64,000 nucleotides of DNA from Dehalococcoidia bacterium. Its GTDB lineage: Bacteria > Chloroflexota > Dehalococcoidia > Bin125. The notes beneath the pieces are model-generated. The model saw only the letters and a list, made by a program, of their open reading frames with translations, was not told the DNA's origin and did not search any database. The stretch lies in assembly GCA_965203775.1 (NCBI GenBank), contig OZ241913.1:1081390-1145389 (forward strand), in the 5' to 3' direction. This document shows, piece after piece, positions 48,822-60,638 of this stretch. The position numbers were made by a program, and so were the translations under genes. The stretch's first letter is position 1. Each line of letters starts with the position of its first letter.

Positions 48822-50642
48822 TTGCCCGATCGGGGGGGGGGGGGGGGGGATAAATTCCTCCCGATCGCCCTCGCGATCGCCGCACTCCTGCTCGCCGCTC
48901 TGACCCTCGCCCAAGCCGCCACCCCCACCTCAACCAGCCGCTACCTGGCGCTCGACGCGGGCGGCGAGCATCAATGCACCCTCCGCGCCGACGGAGTCAT
49001 CCGCTGCTGGGGCGGCAATCAGGCAGATCTGCGCAACATCCCCGACGGCCGCTACAGCGCCATCAGCGCCGGCGCATGGCACAACTGCGCCATCCGCCAG
49101 GGCAGCGGCGAAATCGCCTGCTGGGGCGCAGATCAGAACGCGCCTGACGGCGCGTTCAGCGAGATCGCCGTCGGCTGGCAGTTCGCCTGCGCCATCCGCG
49201 CGAGCGACAGCGAGCTCGAATGCTGGGGAACCAACAGCTTCGGCCGCAGCGTTCTCGACTACGGCCAAGCCGACCCGCCCAACGGCGAGTTCACCTCCGT
49301 GAGCGCCGGCTACCTCCACGCCTGCGGACTACAAACGACAGGCGAAATCACCTGTTGGGGCCGCGACAACCTCGGACGCACCGACGCGCCTGAGGGCGTC
49401 TTCACACAGGTAAGCGCCGGCACCACGCACAGCTGCGCCATCCGCGAAAACGGCGCAGCCGAGTGTTGGGGCCTCAACAACTTCGGGCAGTTGGACGCCC
49501 CCTCAGGAGCCTTCACTCAAATCAGCGCGGGCGCATGGCATAGCTGCGGATTGCGCGAATCAGGCGCAATCGAGTGCTGGGGAGATGACCGCTACGGGCA
49601 GTCCAACGCTCCATCCGGGCGCTATGTCGCTGTGAGCGCAGGAATGCGCCACTCATGCGCGCTCAGCAGCGAGCGCGCTCGCTGCTGGGGCGGTCAGGAT
49701 GATCGCCTGCCTGAGCTGATCGCGGAGCTCGCCCCAACGAGCGCCACCCGGACCGTCGCGGATAGTTCGGCTGAGGACGAAAGCGACACAACGCCGGACC
49801 CTGTGGCGCCCACACCAACCCCCACGCCGACACCGACACCGACGACTACTTTCACCACGCTGAGCGCGGGCCAGTATCACACCTGCGCGCGGCGCAGCAC
49901 GGGGACGATCGACTGCTGGGGACAAAACACATACGGCCAGGACGCCGATCCCTCCGGCAGCAGCTTCACGGCGGTCAGCGCGGGCATTACTCAGAGCTGC
50001 GCGCTGACCAGCGCGGGCGCGCTCTCCTGTTGGGGGCGAAGCGTTAACCGTCCCACCACAACCCAGGCGCAATCCAGCACGTTCACAGCGGTCGCCGCCG
50101 GCGGGGTTGTCTGCGCCGTCCGCAGCGCGGGCACGCTCGCCTGTTGGGGGGCGACCGCCTACGGCCAAAACAACCCGCCTTCGGGCAGCAGCTTCACGGC
50201 GGTGAGCGTGGGCCATGATCACGCTTGCGCGCTGAGCAGCGCGGGGACGATCTCCTGCTGGGGTCGGAACAACAGCGGACAGCGAGATGTTACAGCCGGC
50301 ACCTACACGGCCGTCAGCGCGGGTGGGGTTCATACCTGCGGGTTGACCAGCACGGGCGCGATCGTCTGTTGGGGTTGGAACGCCTTGGGCCAGACCGACG
50401 CGCAGACGGGCACGTTCACGGCGGTCAGCGCGGGCTGGGGGCATACCTGTGGTTTGCGCAGCACGGGCACGATCGAGTGCTGGGGCAACAACGCGAACGG
50501 GCAAAGCACGGTCACTGCAGGTACGTACACGGCAGTCGCGGCAGGGCGCGAGCACACCTGCGGGTTGAAGACCGACGGCGCGATTGCCTGCTGGGGCAGT
50601 AACGCGAGCGGGCAAGCGCCGTCCACAGGCGTGTCGCCCTGA
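48822..50642 (+). CDS. RCC1-like double beta-propeller secreted protein, paralog 3. G18 tract at 48832-48849
   Basis: TTG start, MPDRGGGGGDKFLPIALAIAALLLAALTLAQA, two CWG-repeat propellers joined by a PTPTPTPTPTP linker. Confidence 0.7.
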   Translation: MPDRGGGGGDKFLPIALAIAALLLAALTLAQAATPTSTSRYLALDAGGEHQCTLRADGVIRCWGGNQADLRNIPDGRYSAISAGAWHNCAIRQGSGEIACWGADQNAPDGAFSEIAVGWQFACAIRASDSELECWGTNSFGRSVLDYGQADPPNGEFTSVSAGYLHACGLQTTGEITCWGRDNLGRTDAPEGVFTQVSAGTTHSCAIRENGAAECWGLNNFGQLDAPSGAFTQISAGAWHSCGLRESGAIECWGDDRYGQSNAPSGRYVAVSAGMRHSCALSSERARCWGGQDDRLPELIAELAPTSATRTVADSSAEDESDTTPDPVAPTPTPTPTPTPTTTFTTLSAGQYHTCARRSTGTIDCWGQNTYGQDADPSGSSFTAVSAGITQSCALTSAGALSCWGRSVNRPTTTQAQSSTFTAVAAGGVVCAVRSAGTLACWGATAYGQNNPPSGSSFTAVSVGHDHACALSSAGTISCWGRNNSGQRDVTAGTYTAVSAGGVHTCGLTSTGAIVCWGWNALGQTDAQTGTFTAVSAGWGHTCGLRSTGTIECWGNNANGQSTVTAGTYTAVAAGREHTCGLKTDGAIACWGSNASGQAPSTGVSP

Positions 50643-50885
50643 GCGAGGTTCCTGCCTGCGCAGGAATGACGAAGAGGGCGCAGGAATGACGGGAGAGGGC
50701 GCAGGGGTGACGGAGGGGGCGGCAGGAATGACGGAGTGGGTGGCAGGCACGACGGAACGGGAGCGTGCGGGGTTTGAGCGGCGGCAAGCGTGCTTGGTGC
50801 TCGGCGCGGCGAGATACCCGCGGCGAGCGCGGGTATGACGGATCTGGCTGTGCGGGGGCGGCGGATGGCGATGTGCGAGCAGGCC

Positions 50886-51356
50886 CTAGCCGCCCGAGGC
50901 GGCGGCGGGCTCCGCCGCATTGCCGCTTGCGCCGCAGGCGATGTTCTGCTCGGCGCAGCAGGTGTCCTCGATCAGCGTGACCAGCTCTGCGGCGGGCTGG
51001 TCGTCGGTGATCGTGTAGACCTCCCAGCGCAGGCCGGCCGGGTCGCGCACCCAGACCTTGTCCTGCTCCGCGTGGCAGCAGACCACCGCGTCCTCGATTT
51101 CCAGCTCGTGCCCGAGCTGGCCGAGCCGCTGCGTCTCCGCGACGACTTGGCCGGTGCTCTCGACCTCGACGCCGAGGTGGTTGAGGTCGCCGCCCTGGCC
51201 GTTCTCGATCAGCACCAGCTTGAGCGGCGGGTCGGCCACCTCGAAGTTGGCGTAGCCGGGCCGCACCTTGTGCGGTTCGGTGCGGAAGAGTTGCGAGTAG
51301 AAATCGATCGCCGAGTCGAGCTCGGCCACGTTGAGCGCCAGCTGCACGCGAGCCAT
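50886..51356 (-). CDS. ArsI/CadI-family VOC metalloenzyme (vicinal Cys pair)
   Basis: VOC fold with VVCCHAEQD and a second CC pair near the C-terminus, as in ArsI/CadI. Confidence 0.6.
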   Translation of the reverse strand: MARVQLALNVAELDSAIDFYSQLFRTEPHKVRPGYANFEVADPPLKLVLIENGQGGDLNHLGVEVESTGQVVAETQRLGQLGHELEIEDAVVCCHAEQDKVWVRDPAGLRWEVYTITDDQPAAELVTLIEDTCCAEQNIACGASGNAAEPAAASGG

Positions 51357-51419
51357 TGGGTTCCCCCTTGTGTTGCTCCTGCGTCGATTCGGTTCGACTT
51401 GCTCAGCCTACCCCGATCC

Positions 51420-52508
51420 TCAGGCAGCGGCGTTCACCGCCTGCATTCGCGGAATCACCCAGCGGCCGAAGCGCTCCGCTTCCGCGTCGTGCGGATAGCC
51501 GCTCAGGCAAAACTCGCTGCAACCCAGATCGACGAAGCGCTGGAGCGTCGCCGCGACCTGCTCCGGATTCCCGACGACGCAGACGCCCGCGCCGGTGCGC
51601 ACCGTGCTGATGCCGCTCCAGAGATGCGGCGCGATCAGGTAGTCGTTGTCGGCCGAGGCTTCGGCGAGCTGCCACATCCGCGTGTCGGCCTCGGAGTCGG
51701 CCGCGATTGCCCGGCGGCGCTCCCGCTGCCGCTCGGTGGTTCCCTCGATCAGCGCGTGCGCCGCGTCCCAGGCTTCGGCTTCGGTCTCGCGCACCACGAC
51801 CTGCAAGCGCATCCCGAAGCTCAGCTGCTCGCGCCCCGCGCGCCGCGCGCGGGCGCGAATGTCGGCGATCTTCTCCGCCGTCCGCTCGGGCGTATCGCCC
51901 CAGAAGAAGTAGCAGTCGGCGTGCCGCGCGCCCACCTCGCGCGCCGCCTCCGACTCGCCGCCGATGTAGAAGCGCGGCCAGGGCCGCTGTAGCGGCTTGG
52001 GCTGCACCTCCGCGCCGCGCAACTGGAAGTGCCGCCCCTCCCAGTCGAGCGGCGCATCCGCCGTCCAGAGCGCCTTCATAATCTCGACCGACTCGTCCAT
52101 CACCGCGTAGCGCTGATCGTGCGGGATCAGCAGCCCGTCTTGCGCGAGTTGGGCCGGGTCGCCGCCGGCGATCAGGTTGATCGCCATCCGCCCGCCGCTG
52201 AGCTGGTCGAACGTTGCGATCATCTTCGCCATCAGCGTCGGCACGATGTAGCCCGGCCGCGCCGCGACCAGCATGCTCAGCCGGGTGGTCTTGGCCGAGA
52301 CCATCGCGCAGGCGATCCAGGCCTCCCAGCAGGCCGACGCGACGGGCACGAGCGCGTACTCGAAGCCGGCCCGTTCCGCGGCCAGCGCGACCCGCTCGAA
52401 CAACTCGAGCCCGGGCGGCGAGGTGCAGGTCGGATCGACAAAGCGATCAAAGTCGCCGTAGGTGGGGATGAACCAGCCGAAACGCAGCGGCGCTTCGTTC
52501 GTCGGCAT
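51420..52508 (-). CDS. LLM-class (luciferase-like) flavin-dependent oxidoreductase
   Basis: LRFGWFIPTYGD N-terminus. AGGAGG SD before the ATG at 52506-52508. Confidence 0.75.
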   Translation of the reverse strand: MPTNEAPLRFGWFIPTYGDFDRFVDPTCTSPPGLELFERVALAAERAGFEYALVPVASACWEAWIACAMVSAKTTRLSMLVAARPGYIVPTLMAKMIATFDQLSGGRMAINLIAGGDPAQLAQDGLLIPHDQRYAVMDESVEIMKALWTADAPLDWEGRHFQLRGAEVQPKPLQRPWPRFYIGGESEAAREVGARHADCYFFWGDTPERTAEKIADIRARARRAGREQLSFGMRLQVVVRETEAEAWDAAHALIEGTTERQRERRRAIAADSEADTRMWQLAEASADNDYLIAPHLWSGISTVRTGAGVCVVGNPEQVAATLQRFVDLGCSEFCLSGYPHDAEAERFGRWVIPRMQAVNAAA

Positions 52509-52678
52509 CGCGCGCCTCCTCTCTCTGTCTGTGGGCGGTACATGGGCTGACTTGGGCCGCATTCGGCTTGATGCTACCGCCGCGCGCTTCGATTTGAAGC
52601 TCAGCGCTTATTCGGGGACACTCTGGCGACGGCGGACGTTCCGCAAGACAGAGCAAGGGCTCGGCAAGGGAGGCGCAG

Positions 52679-53482
52679 ATGGCGGGCAAACTCGACGGCA
52701 AAGTGGCGATCATCACCGGCGGCAACAGCGGGATTGGCGAGGTCACCGGCCACACCTTCGCGCAGGAGGGCGCGAAGGTGATCCTGATGGCGCGGCGCGA
52801 AGAGCAGGGCCGCGCCGTCGAGCGGGCGATCCGCGACGCCGGCGGCGAGGCGTCCTTCGTCGCCTGCGATGTGGGCGACGACCAGTCCGTGCTCGACGCC
52901 GTCGCGGCGGCCGCGCAGGTCTACGGTGAGGTGCATCTGCTCTTCAACAATGCCGGCGGCGGCGCGGGCAGCTACTTCCCCAACGAGCCGCAGAACGAGT
53001 GGGATCGCGTGATCAACGTCAATCTGACCGGCACGATGCGGGTCAGCCAGGCGGTCTGGCCGCACATCGCGGCGGCCGGCGGCGGCTGCGTGGTCAACAT
53101 GTCCTCGCTCGCCGCCCAGCGCGGCTTCTCGCCCAGAATGCAGGAGGAATTCGGCACCACCTCCGCCTCCTACTACGCGGCCAAGGCCGGCGTCGACGCG
53201 CTGACCCGCTACATGGCCGGCGTCGGCGGGCGCGACAACATTCGGGTCAACTGCGTTCGCCCCGGCCAGATCATCACGCCGGGCGCGACGCGCGGCACCT
53301 ACAACGACCCCGACGGCGGCCACCACGTCTTCGAGAAGATGTTCGATTTCGCCCAGATCGTGCCTGGCCCCGGCTACTCGCAGGATGTGGCCAACCTCGT
53401 GCTCTTCCTCAGCTGCGAGGATTCCCGCTTCATCACGGGCGAGATCATCAACATCGACGGCGGCGTGGCGGCCAAAATCTGA
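52679..53482 (+). CDS. SDR family oxidoreductase
   Basis: VAIITGGNSGIG, NNAG, YxxxK (YYAAK). Confidence 0.85.
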   Translation: MAGKLDGKVAIITGGNSGIGEVTGHTFAQEGAKVILMARREEQGRAVERAIRDAGGEASFVACDVGDDQSVLDAVAAAAQVYGEVHLLFNNAGGGAGSYFPNEPQNEWDRVINVNLTGTMRVSQAVWPHIAAAGGGCVVNMSSLAAQRGFSPRMQEEFGTTSASYYAAKAGVDALTRYMAGVGGRDNIRVNCVRPGQIITPGATRGTYNDPDGGHHVFEKMFDFAQIVPGPGYSQDVANLVLFLSCEDSRFITGEIINIDGGVAAKI

Positions 53483-53573
53483 GCGGGCGGGCTCCGCCGG
53501 CCGCCGCGGCCTATGATCGATCCCAGATTCGCGCCCGTCGCGAGATACGGGCGCGGCGCGGAAGGAGCGGACG

Positions 53574-54011
53574 ATGCAGGTTCGAGAGCTTGGCCACGCG
53601 GTGATCAAGGTGCGCAACCGCGAGCAGGCGGAGGCGTTCTACGGCGGCGTGCTGGGGATGACGCTCGCCGCGCGCCACGAAACGATGCCGATGACCTTCT
53701 ACACGCTCGGCAACCACCACGATCTCGCGCTGCTCGAAGTCGGCGAGGACGGCCCCGACGCCGACCCCAAGGCGCCCGGCCTCTATCACCTCGCCTTCTG
53801 CATCGGCGACACGCTCAACGAGCTGCGCGCCGCGCGCGATGAGCTCGAAGCGGCCGGCGTCACCGTGCACGCCGTGATCGACCATGTCGTCTCCAAGTCG
53901 CTCTACATCAACGACCCCGACGGCAACGGCGTCGAGCTGTACGTAGACGGCTCCGATGTCTGGAAGACCGACCCGCAAGCCGTCGCCCAAGGCGAGCCGC
54001 TGGCGCTGTAA
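53574..54011 (+). CDS. VOC family protein (glyoxalase-I-like)
   Basis: LGHAVIKVRNREQAEAFYGGVLGM ... HLAFCIG. Confidence 0.7.
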   Translation: MQVRELGHAVIKVRNREQAEAFYGGVLGMTLAARHETMPMTFYTLGNHHDLALLEVGEDGPDADPKAPGLYHLAFCIGDTLNELRAARDELEAAGVTVHAVIDHVVSKSLYINDPDGNGVELYVDGSDVWKTDPQAVAQGEPLAL

Positions 54012-54034
54012 GCGGCGAACCGAGAGGGCGCGCC

Positions 54035-55703
<1,669 letters not shown>

Positions 55704-55785
55704 GGGGCGCGCGGGTTCCTGCCTGCGCAGGAATGACGGGTGAGGGCGTAGCCTGTGCGTGATTGCGGCAGCGGAGGAGTTGGTC

Positions 55786-56538
55786 ATGGACGAAATCACG
55801 TATGAGGTGAGCGAGCGGATCGCTTCGATCCGGTTGGAGCGGCCGGAGAAGCTCAACGCGATGACCGACGCGATGTATGCGGCGATTGGCGACGCCGTGC
55901 GCGAGGCGGAGACCGACCCCGAGGTGCGCTGCATCGTCGTCAGCGGCAGCGGGCGCGCCTTCACTTCCGGGCACGACTTGGGCGAGTTCGCCGGGCGCAG
56001 CGAGTGGCGGCCCTGGCGCGCCGAGCGCTTCGACAACGGCCTCGAATGCGCCAAGCCGATCATCGCCGCGATCCAGGGCTACTGCCTGGCGGGTGGGCTC
56101 GAACTCGCGCTCTTCTGCGACATCCGCATCGCCGACGAGACGGCGCAGTTCGGCTGCCCCGAGGTGCGCTGGGGCATCCTGCACGGCTACGGTGCGCTGC
56201 GCCTGCCCGGGCTAATCGGCGGCTCGGATGCGATGCGTCTGCTGCTCACGGGTGAATTCATCGACGCGGCGGAGGCGCTGCGGATCGGCTTGGTCAGCGA
56301 GGTCGTCGCGCCCGACCGCCTGGCGGAGCGCGCCCGCGAGCTGGCGGCGGCGATCTCCGCCAACGGCCCCACGGCGATTCGGATGACCAAGGAGTTGGCG
56401 CAGCGCAGCCGCGACGCCTCGCTGGCCGACGGGCTGCGTATCTATCAGGAGTACAGCCGCCAGGCCTTCGCCTCCGCGGACGCCGCCGAGGGCCTGGCCG
56501 CTTTCGCCGAGCGGCGTGACCCGCGCTACGAGTCCTGA
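55786..56538 (+). CDS. enoyl-CoA hydratase/isomerase family protein
   Basis: Crotonase fold. ATG at 55786 with GGAGG SD. Confidence 0.8.
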   Translation: MDEITYEVSERIASIRLERPEKLNAMTDAMYAAIGDAVREAETDPEVRCIVVSGSGRAFTSGHDLGEFAGRSEWRPWRAERFDNGLECAKPIIAAIQGYCLAGGLELALFCDIRIADETAQFGCPEVRWGILHGYGALRLPGLIGGSDAMRLLLTGEFIDAAEALRIGLVSEVVAPDRLAERARELAAAISANGPTAIRMTKELAQRSRDASLADGLRIYQEYSRQAFASADAAEGLAAFAERRDPRYES

Positions 56539-56569
56539 CCGGCGCGGCGGTTGCCAGACGGTTGCCGAA

Positions 56570-56646
56570 TGGTGGGCCCTCTGGGACTCGAACCCAGGAC
56601 CTTCGGATTAAAAGTCCGCTGCTCTGCCAAACTGAGCTAAGGGCCC
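56570..56646 (-). tRNA. tRNA-Lys (anticodon UUU)
   Basis: Reverse complement folds as acceptor GGGCCCT/AGGGCCC, D arm GCTC-AGTTTGGCA-GAGC, anticodon loop CUUUUAA, T arm CTGGG-TTCGAGT-CCCAG, encoded CCA. Confidence 0.85.
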
Positions 56647-56649
56647 AAG

Positions 56650-57085
56650 GCCAGTCTACGCGGCCAGCGCGCATGCGGGCGCGCTCACACAAGAGTCTGT
56701 TCACGCATCCCTCAGCCCCACCATCCCCCAACCGCCATTCCTGCGCAGGCAGGAACCCACCATCCACGCGCTTCCGTCATTCCTGCGCAGGCAGGAACCC
56801 GCGCGCCCCTCACCGTCATTCCTGCGCTCTATCCGTCATTCCTGCGCAGGCAGGAACCCGCGCGCCCCTCACCGTCATTCCTGCGCTCTATCCGTCATTC
56901 CTGCGCAGGCAGGAACCCACCCACCCACGCTCCCGTCATTCCTGCGCAGGCAGGAACCCGCGCACCCCCCAACCGTCATTCCTGCGCAGGCAGGAACCCA
57001 CCACCGCTACTCAACTTCCCCCATCCCAAATTCATCCCTCCCCCCTTCCAGGGGGGAGGTTAGGTGGGGGGTGAGACGCCGCGAG
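56650..57085. repeat. composite REP-like array (7 module-A copies + 1 module B) adjacent to tRNA-Lys
   Basis: Sequence match. Confidence 0.9.
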
Positions 57086-57133
57086 CCGACACCACCGGTC
57101 GTGCGCGCCCCGATCCGTCCACACCCTCCCGCC

Positions 57134-57520
57134 TCAGTCCTCCGTCACCTCCGTCACGCTGTCCCGCCGCGTGATCGCCAGATGCGACATCGGCGAGCCT
57201 GTGTCGCCCGCGCCGTGCCAGTGATCCTCGCCCGCCGGGATGATCACGAAATCACCCACGCTGATTGTGCGCTCCCCCTCCGCGTTGCCCACCTTGCCGA
57301 TCCCCGCGACCACGTACAGCATCTGCTCCGACGAGTGCGTGTGGCGCTTGGTCCGCGCGCCCGCGCCGAACTGCACGACCGCCAGGTTGAAATCCGCGTC
57401 GTCGCCGCCCTGCTGACCGCCGATCGCCCCCGCCAGCGCGCGCACCCAGACATCGCCGCCCGTGAAAATCGGCGCGTTCGCCTGGTTCGTGTTCCCCTCC
57501 GCTGCCTGCGTCACTCGCAT
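57134..57520 (-). CDS. cupin domain protein
   Basis: HTHSSEQMLYVVAG ... GDFVIIPAGEDHWHG two-His cupin motifs. Confidence 0.7.
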   Translation of the reverse strand: MRVTQAAEGNTNQANAPIFTGGDVWVRALAGAIGGQQGGDDADFNLAVVQFGAGARTKRHTHSSEQMLYVVAGIGKVGNAEGERTISVGDFVIIPAGEDHWHGAGDTGSPMSHLAITRRDSVTEVTED

Positions 57521-57556
57521 TGCTGCCGCTCCTTACTGTGTGTGCTCGCCAGCTGT

Positions 57557-58324
57557 CTAGCTGTTCGCGCTGATGAACTCCTGCACCCGCCGCCAGGCGT
57601 CGGCGCAGGCGTCCTGATGCTCGTCATACGTGCGGTCGAAGAACGAGTGCGGCGCGCCCTCGTAGGTGATGAACTCGTTCGCCACGCCCCGCGCGTCCAG
57701 CGCCGCCGCGAACTTGTCCACCTCCGCCCGCGGAATGCCCTCATCCGCGCCGCCCATCAGACCGAGCAGCGGGCAGGCGACCTGCTCGACTTGCCCCAGC
57801 GGCGAAGCGCCCCCATTCAGGCCCTCCCGCGTTGGGTGGCCGTAGAAGCCGATCGCCCCGCTCAGGCCGTGCCCCGCCGCCCCTTGCAGCCACGAGTTGC
57901 TCCCGCCGAAGCAGAAGCCCACCGTGAACAGCGCCCGCTCCGCGTCGTCGGCCCGCAGCACCGCCGCCGCCGCCGCCACATCCGCCGCGATCCCCTCCGG
58001 CGTCGTGCCCCGCACGTGCGGCCAGAAGTCGAACTCCGCGTCGCGCTTGCCCACCCCGGCGGTCCGCCCGAAATAGTCGATCGCGACCGCCTCCACGCCC
58101 GCCTCCGCGAAGCGAATCGCCAGCTCCTCGTAGAAGCGGAACAGCCCGCGCACATCGGGCAGCACCACGATCGCCGGCCCGCCCGACTGCTCCGGCCGCG
58201 CGTGAAACGCGGCGAACTCCACCCCGTCCGACGCCCGCAGCGTCAGATCCTCCAGATCGACCGCCGCCCCCGCAATCGGCGGCACCGCCGGCAGAGCCTC
58301 GTATCGGTGGCACATCGCGCGCAC
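57557..58324 (-). CDS. dienelactone hydrolase family protein
   Basis: alpha/beta hydrolase with GFCFGG nucleophile elbow. Confidence 0.75.
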   Translation of the reverse strand: MRAMCHRYEALPAVPPIAGAAVDLEDLTLRASDGVEFAAFHARPEQSGGPAIVVLPDVRGLFRFYEELAIRFAEAGVEAVAIDYFGRTAGVGKRDAEFDFWPHVRGTTPEGIAADVAAAAAVLRADDAERALFTVGFCFGGSNSWLQGAAGHGLSGAIGFYGHPTREGLNGGASPLGQVEQVACPLLGLMGGADEGIPRAEVDKFAAALDARGVANEFITYEGAPHSFFDRTYDEHQDACADAWRRVQEFISANS

Positions 58325-58476
58325 TCCTCTCCGTCAACTGCTCAACCAACCACGACGCCCACAGGATAGTGCGCCGCTTGACATCTGCGCCGAGCGAGTT
58401 AGTGTTGATCTGACACGAAGTAGGGCGGCCGGCCCGCCGACGCCCCAGACGGACGCAGAGAGAGCAGGAAGACGCA

Positions 58477-59157
58477 ATGCCCCAGACCGCCAAAACCGCA
58501 CCCGAGCCGCTCAAAATCTGGTACCTGATCGACCGCTCCGGCTCCATGCGCCCGCTCCGCAAGGCCGTCGTCCGCGAGACCAACAAGCTGCTCGCCGAGC
58601 AGCGCCGCGGCGACGACGACTGCCGCATCACCATCGCCCAGTTCGACTCCCAAGAGCCCTTCGAGCTGATCGTCGACGATGAAGCGATCGGCGACGTCAA
58701 GCCTCTCACCGCCGACGACTACAAGCCGCGCGCCACCACCCCGCTCTACGACGCCATCGGCGCGCTGATCAGCCGCGCCGACCGCCGCATCAGCGAGCGC
58801 CAAACCGCACGCCTGCCCGAAGAAGACCAACTGCTCGTCATCTTCACCGACGGCCTCGAAAACGCCAGCACCGACTACCAGCGCGACACCATCATCGAGC
58901 TGCTCGACGAGCGCCAGAACCAGGGCTGGACGATCGGCTACCTCGGCGCGAACCAGGACGCCTACGCCGAAAGCCGCAAGCTCGGCATCGACCGCCGCAG
59001 CGCCTCCAACTTCGACGCCTCCGCGGGCGGCGTCGCCCGCGCCAACCGCTCCGTCAGCCGCGGCATTACGGAGCGCCGCGCTATGACACGCGCCCACCGC
59101 CGCCGCGCCAACCGCGACTTCTTCCAGGGCACCCGCGAAGCCGAGCAGCCCGAATAG
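58477..59157 (+). CDS. stand-alone cytoplasmic vWA-domain protein
   Basis: MIDAS DRSGSM ... TPLYDAI ... FTDGLEN. Confidence 0.6.
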   Translation: MPQTAKTAPEPLKIWYLIDRSGSMRPLRKAVVRETNKLLAEQRRGDDDCRITIAQFDSQEPFELIVDDEAIGDVKPLTADDYKPRATTPLYDAIGALISRADRRISERQTARLPEEDQLLVIFTDGLENASTDYQRDTIIELLDERQNQGWTIGYLGANQDAYAESRKLGIDRRSASNFDASAGGVARANRSVSRGITERRAMTRAHRRRANRDFFQGTREAEQPE

Positions 59158-59222
59158 CCGCCCCAGCAGCAGGGCGAGTAGACTGTGCGGCACGCGACCG
59201 CCAAGCGACGGAGAAACAACCC

Positions 59223-60113
59223 ATGACCCTCCCCACCTTCGAGAACATCCTGCTCGAACGCACCGGAACCGACGACCGCATCGGCGTCGTCACCCTCAAC
59301 CGCCCCGAAAAAATGAACGCCCTCTCCCAGGAACTCATCTACGACTTCCGCGACGCCCTCGAATACTTCGAAACCGACGACGACGTCCGCGTCCTGATCG
59401 TCAAAGGCGCCGGGCGCACCTTCTCCGCCGGCTACGACCTTACCCCCGCCGGCGGCTACGGCGCCGACGCCGTCCACCGCGCCTTCCGCACCAGCGACGA
59501 CGACGGCAACCGCCTGATCATGGGCATCCGCGGCGGCATGGCCCGCGTCACCGACATCTGGCTCTACTTCTGGAACATGCAGAAGGTCACCATCGCCCAA
59601 CTGCACGGCTACGCCATCGCCGGCGGCTTCGAACTCTCCATGATGGCCGACCTCGTCGTCGCCGCCGACGACACCCAAATCGGCCACCCCGGCCTGCGCT
59701 TCGCCGGCAGCCGCACCTCCGCCATCCTGCCCCTCCTCACCAACATGCGCAAAGCCAAAGAGCTCTTCTACACCGGCGACCCAATCCGCGCCACACAGGC
59801 CGCCGAGCTCAACCTGATCAACTACGCCGTCCCCAAAGACCAACTCGAAGAGCGCACCCTCGCCCTCGCCGAGCGCATCGCCAACCTCCCCGCCGACCAC
59901 CTCGCCCAACTCAAAGTCCACGTCAACCGCTTCTACGAAAACATGGGCATCTACGCCTCGCTCCGCTCCTCCACCGACCTCGACGCCGTCGGCACCTTCA
60001 CCTCCCAGCACTACGAATGGTCCCGCCGCATGCGCGAAGAAGGCCTGAAAGGCGCCCTAGCCTGGCGCGACGGCCCCTTCGGCGACTACTCCCAAGCCCC
60101 CCGCAACCGCTAA
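59223..60113 (+). CDS. enoyl-CoA hydratase/isomerase family protein
   Basis: VTLNRPEKMNAL ... crotonase fold. Confidence 0.8.
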   Translation: MTLPTFENILLERTGTDDRIGVVTLNRPEKMNALSQELIYDFRDALEYFETDDDVRVLIVKGAGRTFSAGYDLTPAGGYGADAVHRAFRTSDDDGNRLIMGIRGGMARVTDIWLYFWNMQKVTIAQLHGYAIAGGFELSMMADLVVAADDTQIGHPGLRFAGSRTSAILPLLTNMRKAKELFYTGDPIRATQAAELNLINYAVPKDQLEERTLALAERIANLPADHLAQLKVHVNRFYENMGIYASLRSSTDLDAVGTFTSQHYEWSRRMREEGLKGALAWRDGPFGDYSQAPRNR

Positions 60114-60119
60114 CCGCCG

Positions 60120-60535
60120 CCGCCCACGCACACGACCCATCCCTCCCCCCTCTCAGGGGGGAGGTTAGGTGGGGGGTGGGAAGCCACCCACCAGCACCAC
60201 CACCCGCAAGCAACCCCCAAACCCCCACTCCCACCCCCTCCCGCCATACTCACTCTCGCCCCTCCCATCATCCCCGTCCCCCTCCCGCCATACCACTCGT
60301 GCGCCCTCCCATCATCCCCCCTCCTGCCATACCCGCCCCCATCCGTCATTCCTGCGCCCCCCTCCCGTCATTCCTGCGCAGGCAGGAACCACGCGACCAC
60401 TGACATCGCTACGCCCCAACACCCCAACACCCCACTCAAGCCGCATCCACGCCGCCGCTGAACCTCACTGCCGGAACACAACTGCGTTCACTACGTGAGT
60501 TTCTGCCTACGCAGGAATGACGGAAGCGGGCGCAG
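60120..60535. repeat. composite REP-like elements (module B + A, plus an inverted A)
   Basis: Sequence match. Confidence 0.85.
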
Positions 60536-60638
60536 TATGACGGATCTAGAGAAGTGCGAACACGCTCTAGCGGCCCCGTGGGAACCAAGCAGCGCACCCC
60601 ATCGTCTGGCTAGCATCGCAGTGAATGGGAGGCCGCAA